A stretch of DNA of 64,000 nt from Epiperipatus broadwayi (Eukaryota; Animalia; Onychophora). Shown here piece after piece: positions 25,371 to 39,880 of the stretch. Position 1 is the first letter of the stretch. Each line of letters starts with the position of its first letter. The notes below the pieces were generated by a model. It was not told where the DNA came from, ran no database searches, and worked only from the letters and a program-made list of their open reading frames with translations. A program made the translations under genes and the position numbers. The DNA lies in NCBI GenBank assembly GCA_028023455.1, contig JAQFVV010000006.1, positions 8,370,001 through 8,434,000 of the forward strand. The letters run 5' to 3'.

Positions 25371-28300
25371 CTGGAAAATTAAAGTTTTCCACCTGTGCGA
25401 ATATATATATGTTAAACAACTCTTTTTAATTTTAGCTTTTAGTTTTTAATAAATTTATTTTGATTTATGAACTTAAGTTTTTATTTTAATTTTAAATTAA
25501 TGTAGCGGCATATTGTATACCATTACAATTACCAATGTATGCTTTCAAATGATAGACATTTGAAACTTGTAAAATATAAAAATAATACTAAACAGAGTTC
25601 ATAATGATAACAATGATGCTTGGCATTACTGGCCAGAATTTTATCTGTTTAAAAAGTTAATAACATAAAAGACTAGATATTGAAATTTCATTTTTTAAAT
25701 TAAAAAAAAATTTAAAGTTAGTTATCATTAAAGAAAGAAAATATATGTTAAAAATAAACATTAAAGGTCTTGTTATTAAAAGCTTTTTTAAAAAAAATTC
25801 TTTAGTTGTACTGACAAAAAATCATTCTTGTTATTCTGTAAAAATCGCTTACATATTATAGTCAAATAGATATTTGGTTTAATGCAACTACTTTATAAAA
25901 TGTTTAATATGTAAATAAATTACTGCAAATTACAATTTTTCTTTTCAAAAATAAAAAATTAATAATTTGCCTGAGGCAAAAACTATACCAACCAGAAGTT
26001 GTCATTTCTATTGATATTAACAGGAGCAGCATTGACTTCTTTGAGATGCAAATTATATATTGTAATTTTTAAAGGTCTATCTAATGCTGACATCTTTAGG
26101 TTTTTTTTCAAGTAAAAATTTTATGATCGCCATAGTAAAATAAATGTGTATGGTAATCTAAGATTATAGATAGGATGAAAATAATGAAGAAAATATAGTG
26201 ATTGCAGACTCATCATAACATTTAAAACATCAAAAATTAACTGGTGTTGTAACGATCATGGATATTGAAATTCAAAATCACAATTATCATAAAAAATTTC
26301 TCCACCACCATTTATGAAAGCAATTAATATTAGCCAGTAATAATAACTTCTGCTTTATTATAACTACAGTATTTATGACTTGTCTTTCTAAAAACAAACA
26401 TCTTCAATAAGTCTAAATGTGTAAATAAATTACTGAAAATTATGATACTTTATTCCAAAATATTAAAAGAAAAAAGCATATTCAGAATAGACAGAGGTGA
26501 AATAATTTATCAATCATGGCATTGTTGGTTTCCTTTGAGTTTGAAATTTGCCTGAAATTTATATGAGGTATGTAAGATAATCAAATCTTCAAAATTTGTT
26601 TAAATTAATAATTTTAGTTCCAATTCCTACCACAAAAAGCAGCACCATCATTCAAACATGGTTAAAAATTAGCAACAATTTTGCAACTATGAGGAATCCA
26701 GCTAAGATGAGAGATTTCAATATGGTGATAATTCTTATAATTTTTTTAGGTATTTTTTCACAAAAGTTACTTTCAAAAAAAAAAATTACAGAAAATGCAG
26801 AAATCATGAAGAATTCAAATGCAGACATTTAAAATGTTAACAAATAAAACCCTTATAAGTACAATGTTAATAATTATATTTTTAAATATTATATTGAACT
26901 CTACCAAAATATAATTAATTTTTATTATAAAAATAAAATTAAGTTTGTTGATAGTATATAAAATAAAATTAGCCATATACATATGTTTGTGCATGTATGT
27001 AAAAATTGGCAAAAGCAATTAGCAATGTATGTTTGAACTTACAAATAATATTATACCCATGTTATTATTAAATAAATATTTAAAAACAAATGATTACATA
27101 GTTTAATGTCTATGTTTATTTTGTTAGAAAAAATACAAGCCTAAATGAATATCTTCTACCTTGAACTTGAATTAATCCCTGAATTGATTTATGTATCAGC
27201 TATCCATTGATACCATTTTCAGCAATGTACTATCTAAAGAGCAGGAATCCATTCTGAACTGCTAACAGTGAAAATTTTAATTTGAAAATGTTTTTTTTTT
27301 TGTAATTTATTAATTCTCATCTAGAAGTCAAGAGCTACTGGGGATGAAAATGCATACTAAGAGTTTAGATCCAATAAGAACCAAAAACCTCAAAATATTT
27401 ATATTGTGGAAATATTAATTAAAATATGCTAATGTGCTTGTATTGCATCGACTTTTGCTTTCATCATGAAAACAAATAAATTCTTATATAGTCTATTTAC
27501 TTTTTTGGGACTTGTTTTCTGGTAAACAAAGATGTCAGCCCATATTCTTGATAAATCTACAGTTTCAGGAGCCCCAATAAATGTTTCCAACAAATTGCCT
27601 GCTAGGAAATGTTGTATTTAATATTTAGTTTTATATTTTATTATTGTTATTTTAAAAACAAAAGTCATTGTGGAAAAACTAATTACAATAATTACAGATT
27701 ATTTTTTTGGGATTAATTTATTAACAGAAAAATGAAAAAAATATGTAAATACAATATATCAGAGGCATGCAATCATATTGTGACCATTAATGCATACCTT
27801 TTAAAAGGACAGGATCTTGTATCTTGGGAAACAGTCCAATGCATCATGTTCTATGACAGGAAGATTCCAAATTTTTATCATCATGACAATTTACCCCTCC
27901 CCCCAAATTTTTATCATCAATAATGTTAAGCACATCTCATCGCTTCCCACAATATTAAAAAAAAATGGAAATAAATCTTCTTAATGAAATTTATCAAATT
28001 TATTCCATTTTTTTTTAATTTAACAATCAATTTATTAATTTTGTTTTAATTTAACAACTAACACATCTTTGGTATGTATAAAACTATATATTTATCAAAA
28101 ATATGGGCTGCCATCTTGATTTACATAAAAACTCACAAGTACTCTTTTTTAAAAAAATAAAATTGTTAAGTATTTGAAATACAATAGCATTTTAGCAGCA
28201 AATTAGTCAACAAATAAATTATTGACATCAGAGAGAAAACAAAATATCATTCACAAAATATTTTAATTTTTCATTAAGTTTAATTTAAATATTTTTTTAA

Positions 28301-29144
28301 AAATGTTTCATTATTTGATTTATGCTTTATCAAAATACCTAGGAAAAATATAAATTTTTGGAAGAATCATTATTTATTCATAAAAATATATTTTTTGAGA
28401 ATGAAGGCTAAAAGAAAGCCTTTTGTTTTCATTATCTATTTCAGTTTATTTATACTGTTTATTTGCATTTTTTTATTATTTCCAAAGTTAAAAATTTTAT
28501 TTTTTAGAATAATTTTGCTCATTGAATTTGTTTTCAATTAAATCTGGAAGAAAAATAAAAAATAAAATGGAAAATAAAAAATTATTCATTATAATAAATA
28601 AAATTAAAAAATATTTGAAAACAAACAAAAAAAGAAGGATCAAATAAATAATAAATTAAAAAATATTCTGATTTTTATAAAAAAAATCTCCAAAAATAAT
28701 AATCAGTAAATATTAATGTGTCATTCATTTTGATCTAAATTTGATGTAAAATAATTTAAAAATAAATTTCCAATTAAAAAAATTACATGTCAAAATTTAA
28801 AATTAATGTCTCAAAAGTATCTATGTTCTTTATTTTTATGATAATGATTATATTTTCTCAGTATTATTGTTTTTTGTTAGTTTTATGGAACATAGAATAC
28901 TTTATTACTACACTATTGTGAAAATTGAATCTTCAATCAAAGGCATAAAAAATCAATATGGCATTTATGGGGACGAAAGGTTAAAATGTGTATTAATGTA
29001 ACTCTTAATTTATGCCTAAAATATTAAAGTCTGTTAATTGTGAAATTCTTAAGAGCCCTTATAATTCTTTTACAAAAAAGTAAAAGTTCCAAACTACCTA
29101 CTTCATGAACCAAACAGTAATAATAACAATAGTAGGTAGGGAGG

Positions 29145-29280
29145 GAGGTATATAGAGGTAGGACAATATGTAGGTAGGTGGGTGGTGTAGGTAGGCCAGG
29201 TAGGCATGTAGATAGTTAGGTGGGCAGGGAGGTAAGCAGGCCGGCAGGTGAATAGACAGACAAACATGTAGATTGATAGA
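29145..29280. repeat. Degenerate (TAGG)n-type microsatellite
   Basis: GTAGGTAGG-rich tract; accounts for ORF 29103..29312. Confidence 0.8.
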
Positions 29281-30109
29281 TAATCATTTTTATTATTAAT
29301 AAAATGTAACATAATTATTTTTTTTATTATTAAATAAGAATATTATATTTAACATATTTATAGATTGTTTTCCAATGGTATACATGCTGCACTGGTGATC
29401 GACAGCTACTGATAATAAGACAACTTCTCCCCCCACTCTCATATTCTGCTATAATATGATTGATCTTGGTTAAAAAATAATGTCAAGTTTAAGAAATAAT
29501 AATAATTATCTAATACAAATTTATTTCCCAAAATGTTCATATATATATATATAAATGAATTTCAGCACAATAATTTGCTACAATTACCAAAAAAAAAAAA
29601 GACAAAGACTTACTCAAAAAAAGAAAAGGGATTAAAATGATAAAGATGTTACTTTCTTCTTTTTCAATTCTATTATTCTTCACATTTTCCTAAATTACAA
29701 TGTTTTAAATATACTTTTAAAAGAGTACTTTAGTTCAATATCTGTTTCATAAACTGTTTCTATTTCAAATTGCTTTTAAGAAAGAAAAAAAATCAAAATT
29801 CAGGTAATTTAAAAGGGAAAAAAGTTAAATAAGAAAAGCAATTGATATCCTTATATTTATTTCATTAAATTTTAAATTTTTCTTTATTTTCTATTGTTTC
29901 TAAGCATCTATATAGACATAAATGTAAAAAGAAAAAAGGTTTTTAGACTAAACCTTTTATTAAAAAAAAAAGTGTAAAATATTAATAGTACATTTCTTAA
30001 GATGTATAATATTGCAGTAAAAAAATAACGTTTAATTATGACAAATTATCGGCTTTGTCATTATATTTCACTTTATAAAATTAAATATAATAGAGATCTC
30101 GTTTTTATT

Positions 30110-30980
30110 ATACTTGTTTGGACATTTATGTGGCTAAATTATTAAGGAGTATATAAAAATTCATGCAGATTAAATATTTCTTGATAGCAGAAAGAATATT
30201 TAACCAGTCTGAATTATATATAGTTCAACATTACACTACATTAAAAAAATGTAAATATATTAGAAAACCCTATTATTCAATTCATTATATGAGTTCAAAC
30301 ATGTAAGTACCTTCACAAAGATTACATATTGCTTCTTGTTGACATAAATTATATTAAATCATCATATTATAGACTTTAACATTACACCATATTTAAAAAA
30401 ATATTAACATATTAGAAATTTCTATTCAATATATGAGTTCCAATATTTATGAGGCTAAATCATAGGGTGAGGAGAAAACATTTCATGATGATTAAATAGT
30501 ATTTCTTATGACGACAAAACACATTTTAACATTACACTAAATATGAAAAAAATGTATATCAATTAGAAATCCCTTCTATTCAATTTATTATAATAAGTTA
30601 CAACATTTGGCTAAATTATTGTTGAACGTTTAAAAAAATCATGAGAACCTAAATATTATTTTTTGAACATGGAAATAATATCTATTCATCATAAATTTAT
30701 AGTCTGTCATAAAAGCTGCAAATAAAAATAATTAAATATACTATAGACTCTCTTGTTCAATTCAATATAAGTCCTGATGTTTACATTTCTAAATTATTGT
30801 GGAACGTGTAAAAATTCTTAATGATTGAATATTATTTCCCGACTATTGAAATAATTTTTGCAATCATAAATTATTGAGTTAGTTGTTACATTGCTATATA
30901 AAAAATGTAAGTATATTACGGGTATCTGCTATTGATTATATGATTTCTACCATTCATACGGCTAAATTATAGTGATCTGC
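30110..30980. repeat. Old tandem array, period about 150-180 bp, 5-6 units
   Basis: Recurring AACATTACAC (about 30228, 30379, 30528) and GGCTAAAT (about 30133, 30453, 30609, 30960). Confidence 0.65.
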
Positions 30981-31209
30981 ATAAATATCGCCCCAAATTA
31001 TGAAAAAGCTCAAAAATATAATATTAATAGTCAATTAAAAGTAATTGTTTTGTGAGCATAAGATAAAAACAAAAAAGGCTTGTGTCTCAAAACACCAGAT
31101 CTTTGCAGATATAATCGTAAAGTCACATACTGGTTTATTAAAATTATTTCCTAAAATAATAATTGTATGACTTTATTGTCCCAAGATTTTTATAAGATGT
31201 TCAAGTGCA

Positions 31210-31325
31210 AGAAGTTCCAGATTGAAATTGACCTGAGGGCCTTATACCATTGCACTAAACAACATAGGGCAATAAATAAGCAAGCGGCTTTATTGCTCAG
31301 GAGTTCGTAAGAAGTTTGGCTATAA
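31210..31325 (-). mobile_element. Member of tRNA-derived family B (tail followed by another head)
   Basis: Minus strand CTTCTTACGAACTCCTGAGCAATAAAGCC matches the tail of the 54893-55333 units; followed by GCCCT..TTTAGTGCAATGGTA (A-box-like). Confidence 0.5.
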
Positions 31326-33056
31326 ATCTATCAGCAATCGTTAAAAAAAAAACACTACTGACAGAACAAAAATAAAAGTAGATATCAGCTCTTTAAACCC
31401 AAAGTAATCTAAAAATAAGATATTTTTACCATTTTTGTAACTTTTAACATTATTCCCTGTTAAGGCTAATACAATAATTACAATTTTAAAGGTTCAACAT
31501 ATCTGGTTACTTACCCTCTCATCGTCAAAAGTTTGAAAAAAATTTGAAATCCAAAATTAGAAATTCATAAATATTGTGTATGTCTATGTATCAGAAGTAT
31601 AAATCATCTGATTTTCTCATCCTACCAACACAGTGTTATAGTAGTTGTCTTTCTCTTGACTTCTACTGTATGTTATTCTATTTTTATATCCCTTTTTTGT
31701 TGTATTAATGTATTATTTTAAAATTATATTGTATAATAGATTAATATGTAGGCGTTATTCATGGATTCAAGCATTCACATAAGGGCTTGGAAACAAATAC
31801 CAAGGATACAGGAAAACTACTACACAAACAATTTAAGTGTATAATAACTTAAAATAAAACATTTGTACACTTCCCACTTATATCATTTAACCATTATATT
31901 AATTCAACTCATAGTTTTGATGCCTAAGAAATCAAGAAATTCAGATTGCATGTATGTCCCTCTATTGAGAGATTTTTTGCTAATTTTTTTTTGTGTGTGC
32001 ATTAAAATTCATCCATATTTTTACCTAATATTTTAATTCCAAAAAATTGCTAAAGATATCAGAATATTTGAAAATGTGGGAATTTCAAAGCTTGCAAAAC
32101 AAAGTGATGGGTATCCATTGTACACTTAGAGGTCTCAAACTTTGTGATATTATTTCAAAAAAATATTATGAATGACTAAAAAAAACTTGATTGGGGGGGG
32201 GGGAATGTTATTTTTGCACAAAAATTGTGATAATTATTAGAAATCAAGAATATGTATTATTACATATTTATTTTCTATAGAAATGTTTTATTTTCACAAG
32301 GTAAACAGTTATATTTTTTTGAGTAACATTACCATGGAAATTACAGTGGTGGCAAATATGATCTGTTTAGAATATGTCATCACTAACAGTCTGATAGAAA
32401 GTATAGCAATATCATAAAAATTAGTAAAAAAAATTAAACTTTTAAAGTATAAATTGATAGACTTAATACATATTAATAATTATTTACTCACATTTTAAAT
32501 ACAAATGTCAAATAGAAAGATTTCATTCCTTTTCTGAAATCAATCTGCTCCTCTTGACAGATGAATGATGAAACAGTGCTTTCTTATGATTAAAATCTAA
32601 ATTTTAGAATAATTATGAAAGTCAAATGTGGTTTATTAAAATGTATTTCATTTTTAAACAAAAATTTCTATCAAATAAAGTCAAATTTATTATATTCTGA
32701 TATATAATAATTAATAATAAAATGAAAGCTGAAAGCTTATAGCAAGTGAAACCGAAAACTGTCAGAGTATGGGAGGGTTAAAATAAACCTTTTAGTTCTG
32801 TTAGCACAAAAGGTTTCAATTTATAGATTATCTTATCATGAAGGAATCTAGAAATAAAAAGTTGTGCATTTCTTCACTTTAAAATTTTTAATGCTATTAT
32901 TTAGTTACCTGGTGTAAGAAAATGAGTACAAAGTGGTTGTTGTTTTTAGGTGGGAGGGGGAATTTTATGGAATGTTTAAGCACTTTTGAATGCTTTTATT
33001 TGACTAGAAATTCTGTTTATTTGTTCACATTAAATCTCATAACTAATTTTTAACAG

Positions 33057-33194
33057 ACTTCTATTGAATGAATTTGCTTTAAGTTGTGTGCACATGTTTA
33101 GTATTGATGACAATGCAATAACACAGAAATATCTCAGGGTTATCCAGTCTAACAATGTTGGCAGGATAATTTCAAAATATATGAGATCAGTTTG
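33057..33194 (+). CDS. Candidate 138-nt internal exon of an unidentified gene
   Basis: Branch-like AACTAAT, tttttaacAG acceptor, TG|GTAAGT donor, open symmetric phase-2 frame LLLNEFALSCVHMFSIDDNAITQKYLRVIQSNNVGRIISKYMRSV. Weak resemblance to pogo DDE motifs is an alternative. Confidence 0.35.
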
Positions 33195-33256
33195 GTAAGT
33201 CTTCAGAGATGCACATAAGATGGCAGTATATTTTTTTTAAAAAAGATGCTTCCATT

Positions 33257-34017
33257 TAATATTCAGTACTTGTTAAATAGTCACTGTACATCACAGTGGT
33301 GCTGTTTCTGTGCAAAAAACACAGAAATATGCCACTGATATAGCTGAACTTATGGCATATAGAAGTTTTGTTCATGTTAGCTGTTAGCAGGCTTAGATGG
33401 TAGTGCACACAAATATTATGGCCTACTGACGTGCTTTGCGACACTATGCAAATAGCATACACTTCACAGATCACTACAGTATAATTCAACTAGCCATAAC
33501 TCTTTTAACGTACACTTGAAGTAATGATCTTAGACGCTAGCTGACGTACTATTAGATACTAATAATTGTAAAACCATCCTCGCACTTCCCTACACAGCTT
33601 GGAAGGTGAAAAGAATTGCAAAATGGTAGGGACAAATACCATTTCCCAGAACCCATATGAATAGGCACATTTTCATGAGAAGAGCTACGAGATAAATCGT
33701 AAGCTTGGTTTGATCAGAGGAATGCATCTTTTAGATGATCCTTTGGATTGGCAAAACCATCGTCCTCATACATTCCAGCGCTACACACCGAAATTTAATT
33801 TAATGGAATTTAATTTAATTTGGGCTGAATATTTTGTTAATCAAGTGTTTGTTGTTTTTTTTAATTTTGTTTAAATGTTTAATTTACTATTAGAAGAATA
33901 CTGTAAATTTTTAAAATCAAGTGTTTTTTTTTTTTTTTAAATTTTGTTTAAATGTTTAATTTACTATTAGAACCACCAAGCGATGTACAGTGGCTATTTA
34001 ACAAGAACCTAATATTC
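33257..34017. mobile_element. Non-autonomous TIR element, about 760 bp
   Basis: CTTGTTAAATAGTCACTGTACATCAC vs reverse complement of the right end CTTGTTAAATAGCCACTGTACATCGC; TIRs about 45 bp; internal tandem duplication near 33840-33972. TSD not clear. Confidence 0.6.
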
Positions 34018-36837
34018 ATTAAAAAGTGTTTATAGTTAATGGAAATGGAAAGAAAAAAACAAACTAAGAAAGAATTCTTTAATTGTTCTCGATTCTTCAA
34101 CTGAAACTTGTTATTTTTTTTTTTAAAAAAAAAAAAAACATTGTCTTCATAAACAAACAAAAAAAAAATATATTGTACACTATTTTTAACCTGCACAGGA
34201 ATTTCATTTCAAAAACTAGAAATATATTAATATTGTTTACATTCTGTTTTGAAATTTGAATATTAATAGTAACAAAAAGACTGTTATAAATATCTTTTAT
34301 TTAACTGGATGAGTAATGCATTAAAAACTCTTTTTTTTTTCTTCCATCTTAACTAGTGAATTAATTTATATATGCCTATTTGCTTTTATTTTGAAATAAA
34401 AATACCAATTAGAAAACAAAAAAGTTTTTTGTTGTTTTTAATGTACTACTCATTCAATTAAAAGTTTTTTTAATAAAATATTATATATAAAAACACAATT
34501 ATAAGTCTGTGATTTTTAAAGAAAAAATTAAATAAGTCCACCTTATTTATTATTGTTACAATCCTCATTTATTAACCATAATAAGAAAGATGGATTTGTT
34601 TAATTTTTTATAATTTTACCAATGCATCAAAACAGGATAAGTTGACAATACTTCCTGTATTTAAAGACTAGCTTTCGGACTTTTTTTTTTTTTCAGTACA
34701 GTGCCCTTCATCTCAACTTCACCAATTATCCACCGATACACACAGACCACCTTCTCTCATTATTCATGCAGTTCACAAAAAAATTTTATTTCTCAGGTTA
34801 ACTAGAGATACCAAACAGCTAAATGCCCATACCTGTATTGTAACGGTAGGAATTGTCACTCCACGTAACAAAATCTAGAACACCGGCAAAATACACTAAA
34901 GCTGATCGAATCAGAATCCAACCAACATTCAATCCTTTCACCTCTGCTCAATGATCTAATACCCTATGGATGACATTTCTCAACTTACACAGACATTCAA
35001 TTTAACCTTGGTCCAGCAGTCACTCAGGGTAAAACAAAAGACTCGTAAATTAACTAATTTAACACTGATTTGGTCAGATATACACACATATGACTAAGTT
35101 ATTAATTAATATATCAATGATTGACTAGGAAATCTAATAGAATGATCTACCTATAGACATAATGATGTATATGCAAATAAATCTAGAGTTGGATAAAATG
35201 AACTCACGGACAATAAAAATATGAAAACGAGTTATAATTTTAAATATTATTAATTTAATAAAACAATAACAAATAGCAAATCAAAATATACACAATTATA
35301 TAGGGAGAACGTGAGAGATTACACTCACAGGCATTGCATAACTAATGAGATTAATATTATATATTATCTCAATATAAGTTCAACAAAATGTAGTGCAGTA
35401 TGGAAATTTATGCTTATATTAATATACCAAATTTCTAGCTTTTGTGTAATCCGCTAAGACATACGGAACTTTATAGCCAAAGTTATATAACTAACTTAAT
35501 AGCGCTCCTATGGCATCTATCTATACAAAGTGAATTCAAGCACGTAATTAGGCTGAGATACGCAGGTTAGCATGTTAACCTAGATTAGGATATACACTAA
35601 TGCTAGATAAGCATTTAATATAAAGGGAGAGAAAACTGGTTTATGATAGGTTTACCTATATATTCTATGGCACATATTAAAATATTAATAAAGCTAGAAG
35701 GTGCGAATGGGTCATTATTAACGGGATTCAGCCTCCAAAGGCTGGATTGCCCTACAACCACTCAACTTGCTACGAATAGGAACATTAGTAGTTCAGGAAG
35801 TTGGATAAGCATTAATTATGAATAATTTAGGTCCTTGTGCCCTAGTTCTACAAGTGTGTGCTTTACCTGAACTAAGTGGATAAGTGTGACCTCCACCAGC
35901 AACTCATCAAGAATCATGCAGCAAGCAGATAATTGTACATTGCGTACTTAGTAAAGACACATCCGCAACTTATACATATATATATAATGCAAATACGTAA
36001 AATTATATTATTGTGCCTTAAAAATAGATAGCGTCTATTTGCATATCTATACAACCCAGTTTGCAAACTTAGTATTTCAAATATACTATTTAGGGACTAA
36101 ATTATTTAGTAACCTAGTTTAAGATTATCACCTACATCTCAACATATATAAATCTAAGGAGGACAAAGCATATTTGAGGGATAATTACGAATAAAACATT
36201 AAAATATGCTTTGAGAATATCTCTGTGGCTAGTTCCTATGATGTACGAGTTACATATATAAATAGTTATAATTCATAACTAGAATTAAGCAAACTACAAT
36301 TTTAACTAGAGAATGCCTGATTATTGTAATATTAATACCCAAAAATTAATCAGTAAAATAATAATATCTCGAAACAGCGAGTGAGAAAATAATAATTCAA
36401 TTATTTAATATTTATTATAGTGCAGATTTGAAATTATCTTAGCAGATGGATAAGCTAAAATTATACTTATAAATACTCACGGTTTCGAGTTTATTTGGCA
36501 TATTAAATACATATAATATCAAAATGGTAAAATTATATAATAAATTGAATAGGTTAGCAATAGGCATAAAAGACCGCAGAAAATTATACATTTAGTTTAA
36601 AATAGATTACTAGAGTTTTACATTTTAACAGAGAATTCATTATCACAAGTTTTACATTCAGACAAGATTTAAACATTAGCATTTAACAGTTTTCTTTGCA
36701 GATTTTAGGAAAGTTGTTTGGTAAAGGCAGATTTAATAAATAGCTAGCTTTTGAAAGAAAGAATTGAAAATCACAGTTTATAAACAGAGCTCTGAGTGAA
36801 AATTTATCAATTTACCAGTCTTTTGTTTTCATTGCAG

Positions 36838-36989
36838 TTTTTCTGGGCACTCGAGACGATAATAAGTTGACACTTTTGGCGATGATTTAAAGTTAATGGA
36901 GGTTTTTCCATGGGCTGCCTTGCTGTTGTACAGCATTATATTTTATTGGACCAAAGTCTTTTTCCATTCCCAGTAAAGGCCAGGAGGCG
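36838..36989 (+). other. Candidate exon (UTR or first coding exon MGCLAVVQHYILLDQSLFPFPVKARR)
   Basis: ttttcattgcAG acceptor and CG|GTGAGT donor in a CpG-retaining, GC-richer island; ATG at 36910 is open to the donor. Confidence 0.2.
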
Positions 36990-37599
36990 GTGAGTGGTCG
37001 CCTACTTTACCCCGACATTTTGAAGGTGAAATGAACGTGCTTTATGTTTACAATTCACTTATTATATATATGATCGATCCTTGGAAACAAAACTTTAAAT
37101 ATTTATATCTTTCTAACTCTGGCCACCTGTTTATTTTTATGAGCTTGTCCGTAGCTGAAAAGTCCATTTATTTATTTTAGAAAAATATATTTAATAGTTA
37201 AAACTAGTAGAAAAACCCATTATTTCATTTTACAAAAACAATTTTAATTATGACAACTAATTTAGATTTTGTTTTTCTGCTTGTTTCCTCCTGTTTATTG
37301 TGATAATGCTGTAAAATTCTGCGAATTTGTTATTAACATTTTAGGTCAAGTTCACGCTATTGCATGACCTAATTCATAAGTTGTTTACAAAATCAAAAGC
37401 TATTTTGGAAAAGTTACTTTGATAATTAGTAGAAAACTCATTTTATTACCATAAATGCAGAATAACAACGGAAATGGCTTATAAACATATGCAATTTCAA
37501 TAAACACAACAATAAAATTGGCTAAATAATTTAAACTAAAATATTTCTTAAACTAGAAATATTTATAAAATGGATACATATCTGTAATATTTACGTATA

Positions 37600-38830
37600 T
37601 TATTAAATTACAGACTTACTGTTCGCATATATATATATGTGTGTGTGATTTTGCATATATAGTAATTTAAGGTTGTTTAAATGGGTATTCTTGGAGGGTT
37701 TAAATCTGGCATATGGATAGGTGTGTGGGTAAAATACATGAAACAGGCAGGCGGATAAAACTGACTGCTTCAGTATTAATACCTCAATATTTTTCAATTC
37801 TAACACAAGTTAGGAATTTATTTCTATCTACTTTTAAGATTTCTTTCTGAAAAAATGAATTAACATTGCAGTACAGATATTTTCTTGTTTTTATCTACTT
37901 AAATCTTATTATATTATCCCTATGAGGATTCATCCCTGTTGTGAATTTGTTACGTGGTATTTTTCTGTTGTCAATTAACACAATACAATAAAAATTCTTC
38001 TAAATACATGCACACACATGTATAACAGTGCTGAACCAAATAGATACCAATCATATCTATATTAAGAAAATGCATGTCCACATATAGTATTACCAGTCAT
38101 TTGTATTCCATGTGATTTGAAGTTATGTTGAAGTGTCTCCAACAATATTACACCATTTATCACGGAAATTCTCCCAAGAAATGTTGGTAAAGAATGTCAA
38201 TAATAATGGTACCAACTGACAGAAAAGGCCATGGGGACCTATGTAAACATCATTATCCACATTCTTCAAAATGATATTTGTCATGACAGCTGCAAGAATT
38301 TGAAAATTAACATAGAAGATAATAGCCATGAGCAAAAACGATGTTCCAATAATGGAATGAACTTGGTTTTCCGAATATTCAATTATCCAGAAACTGTCAT
38401 GCATCACCTTATGATACTTCCATTATTAACATTCATAGTTACAAGTAGTCTGTTCTATATGCTTTTTATACACTTTCAAGCCCTATTATTTGGTGAAATA
38501 TATATATATAAATTATTTGATTAACAATATGATATTCTTTCAGTCGACCATCTATCTAACGCTTAAGATCCTTGTTGTATGACTCAATTAAAAACTGACT
38601 ACTTTGCAATGCAATTCGATTATAAGAGTTCAGTGACAGAAATCTACAAGAGATTATTTGGAAGGCTATATGGTTGTTTATACGTGAGTCAATCTTGATA
38701 ATGATTTATTGCATTGGGGCGTTGTCATAATGGCTACAATTCTTTATGATATCGATCAGTCTTTCTGCTTTATATTTTCAGCCACAGTTGTTGCTGTTTT
38801 CCAGACAGGCAACACAATAATATAATTGCT
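37600..38830 (-). mobile_element. Highly decayed Gypsy-type LTR retrotransposon RT region
   Basis: Collinear TYKQPYSLP...ELL (cf. PYRLP), FAHGYY (cf. LxSGYxQ), GPHGLFCQLVPLLLT (cf. TPHGLFEFLVMPFGLT), FRDKWCNIVGD (cf. FV.VYLDD). Confidence 0.4.
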
Positions 38831-39169
38831 TTTAAATGAATACCAACCTGACATTTTTCACATGCTTATGAAACTGATAGTTTTCCTTTTAAATACACTT
38901 AGCATAAATGGGATAAATGTTTCAACGGGATGTCTAACTCCAGTATGTGTGTGTATAAGTCTGTGCAAACACACTCAAACACCCCAGAAACGTATGCATT
39001 TTGTAAATGTCAGATTTAATGATTTCAAAATTCTGTTTGGAAGTTATAATTAGCATTGGGATCTTTTTACTATTATTTAAGTCTTTACATCAATTAACAA
39101 CTCATTTATATAATGAATATGTATGGCGTGTCTTAACGATGTGAAAGATTTGTTAAAATTTACGATGTG

Positions 39170-39880
39170 GTACCAAACATGAAGGTTGTGGGAATAAATT
39201 GTATTAAAGATGTGGAAAGCAATGAGAATTATCAGGTATTGATGATCTATTTCATGGCAAAATCTAATAATCTAACGATTATTATTTCAAGTTATGTGAT
39301 TTCTAAGTACTAGAGTGACAATTAGAACCTCAATCTAAAAATTTTCGGTTTTTGAGTTCATAACTCTTTCACAACACCAAACATAAAATGGTTAATTGTT
39401 GAAAGTGTTATGTGTCAATGGAGCAGGAAAAGTACGTGAATGAATTTTGATCTAGAAACCAGCATGCAAAAATTATCGAATGGTATTCTGATTAGTCTCC
39501 CAATCTTTAGGCTAAAATCAAGTCTTTTTCGCTTACTAATTCTCAGCAGCCATTCACATTGTATATCAACAGCATATAAATCCAAGACTGGACTAACTCC
39601 AATACAAATAATCACACTCTAATAGCTGCTCTTACCCTCCGAGTACTTGGTTTCGTCCTTCCAAGAAAACTCTGGTCAAAGATTTATAGATTCAGAATGG
39701 GTATGTTGCACAAGTGGGGATTTATAGACTCCAAACTATGAGTGCTGAAGACCATAAACCATAATACATATTTACAAGAAGTGTCCGATTTAGCAAGCCT
39801 CTGCTGACCTCTTGGCTTTACATAACTTGGAGGGGTTGGCTCTTAATTGGTTAAGAACTGTTGGTGTTAACTTTTGGATG
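39170..39880 (+). mobile_element. Ingi/Vingi-clade LINE 3' remnant
   Basis: AMRII, FRLKS, LTLRVLGFVLPRKLWSKIYRFRMGMLHKWGFIDSKL..KTINH resemble PT...PGFDLPRK.W..LNR.RTG...LHKWG..DS..C.C...QTI.H. Confidence 0.6.

Noticed and set aside
29145-29280. Interstitial telomeric repeat
   Set aside because: The unit is TAGG-like and degenerate, not TTAGG or TTAGGG.
28955-32782. piggyBac-like ends (GAAAGGTTAA near 28980; GGGAGGGTTAA near 32775)
   Set aside because: No matching opposite TIR was found for either.
34839-36255. Solo LTR bounded by TGTAAC...GTTACA
   Set aside because: Flanks do not form a matching 4-6-bp TSD, and there is no PBS or PPT.
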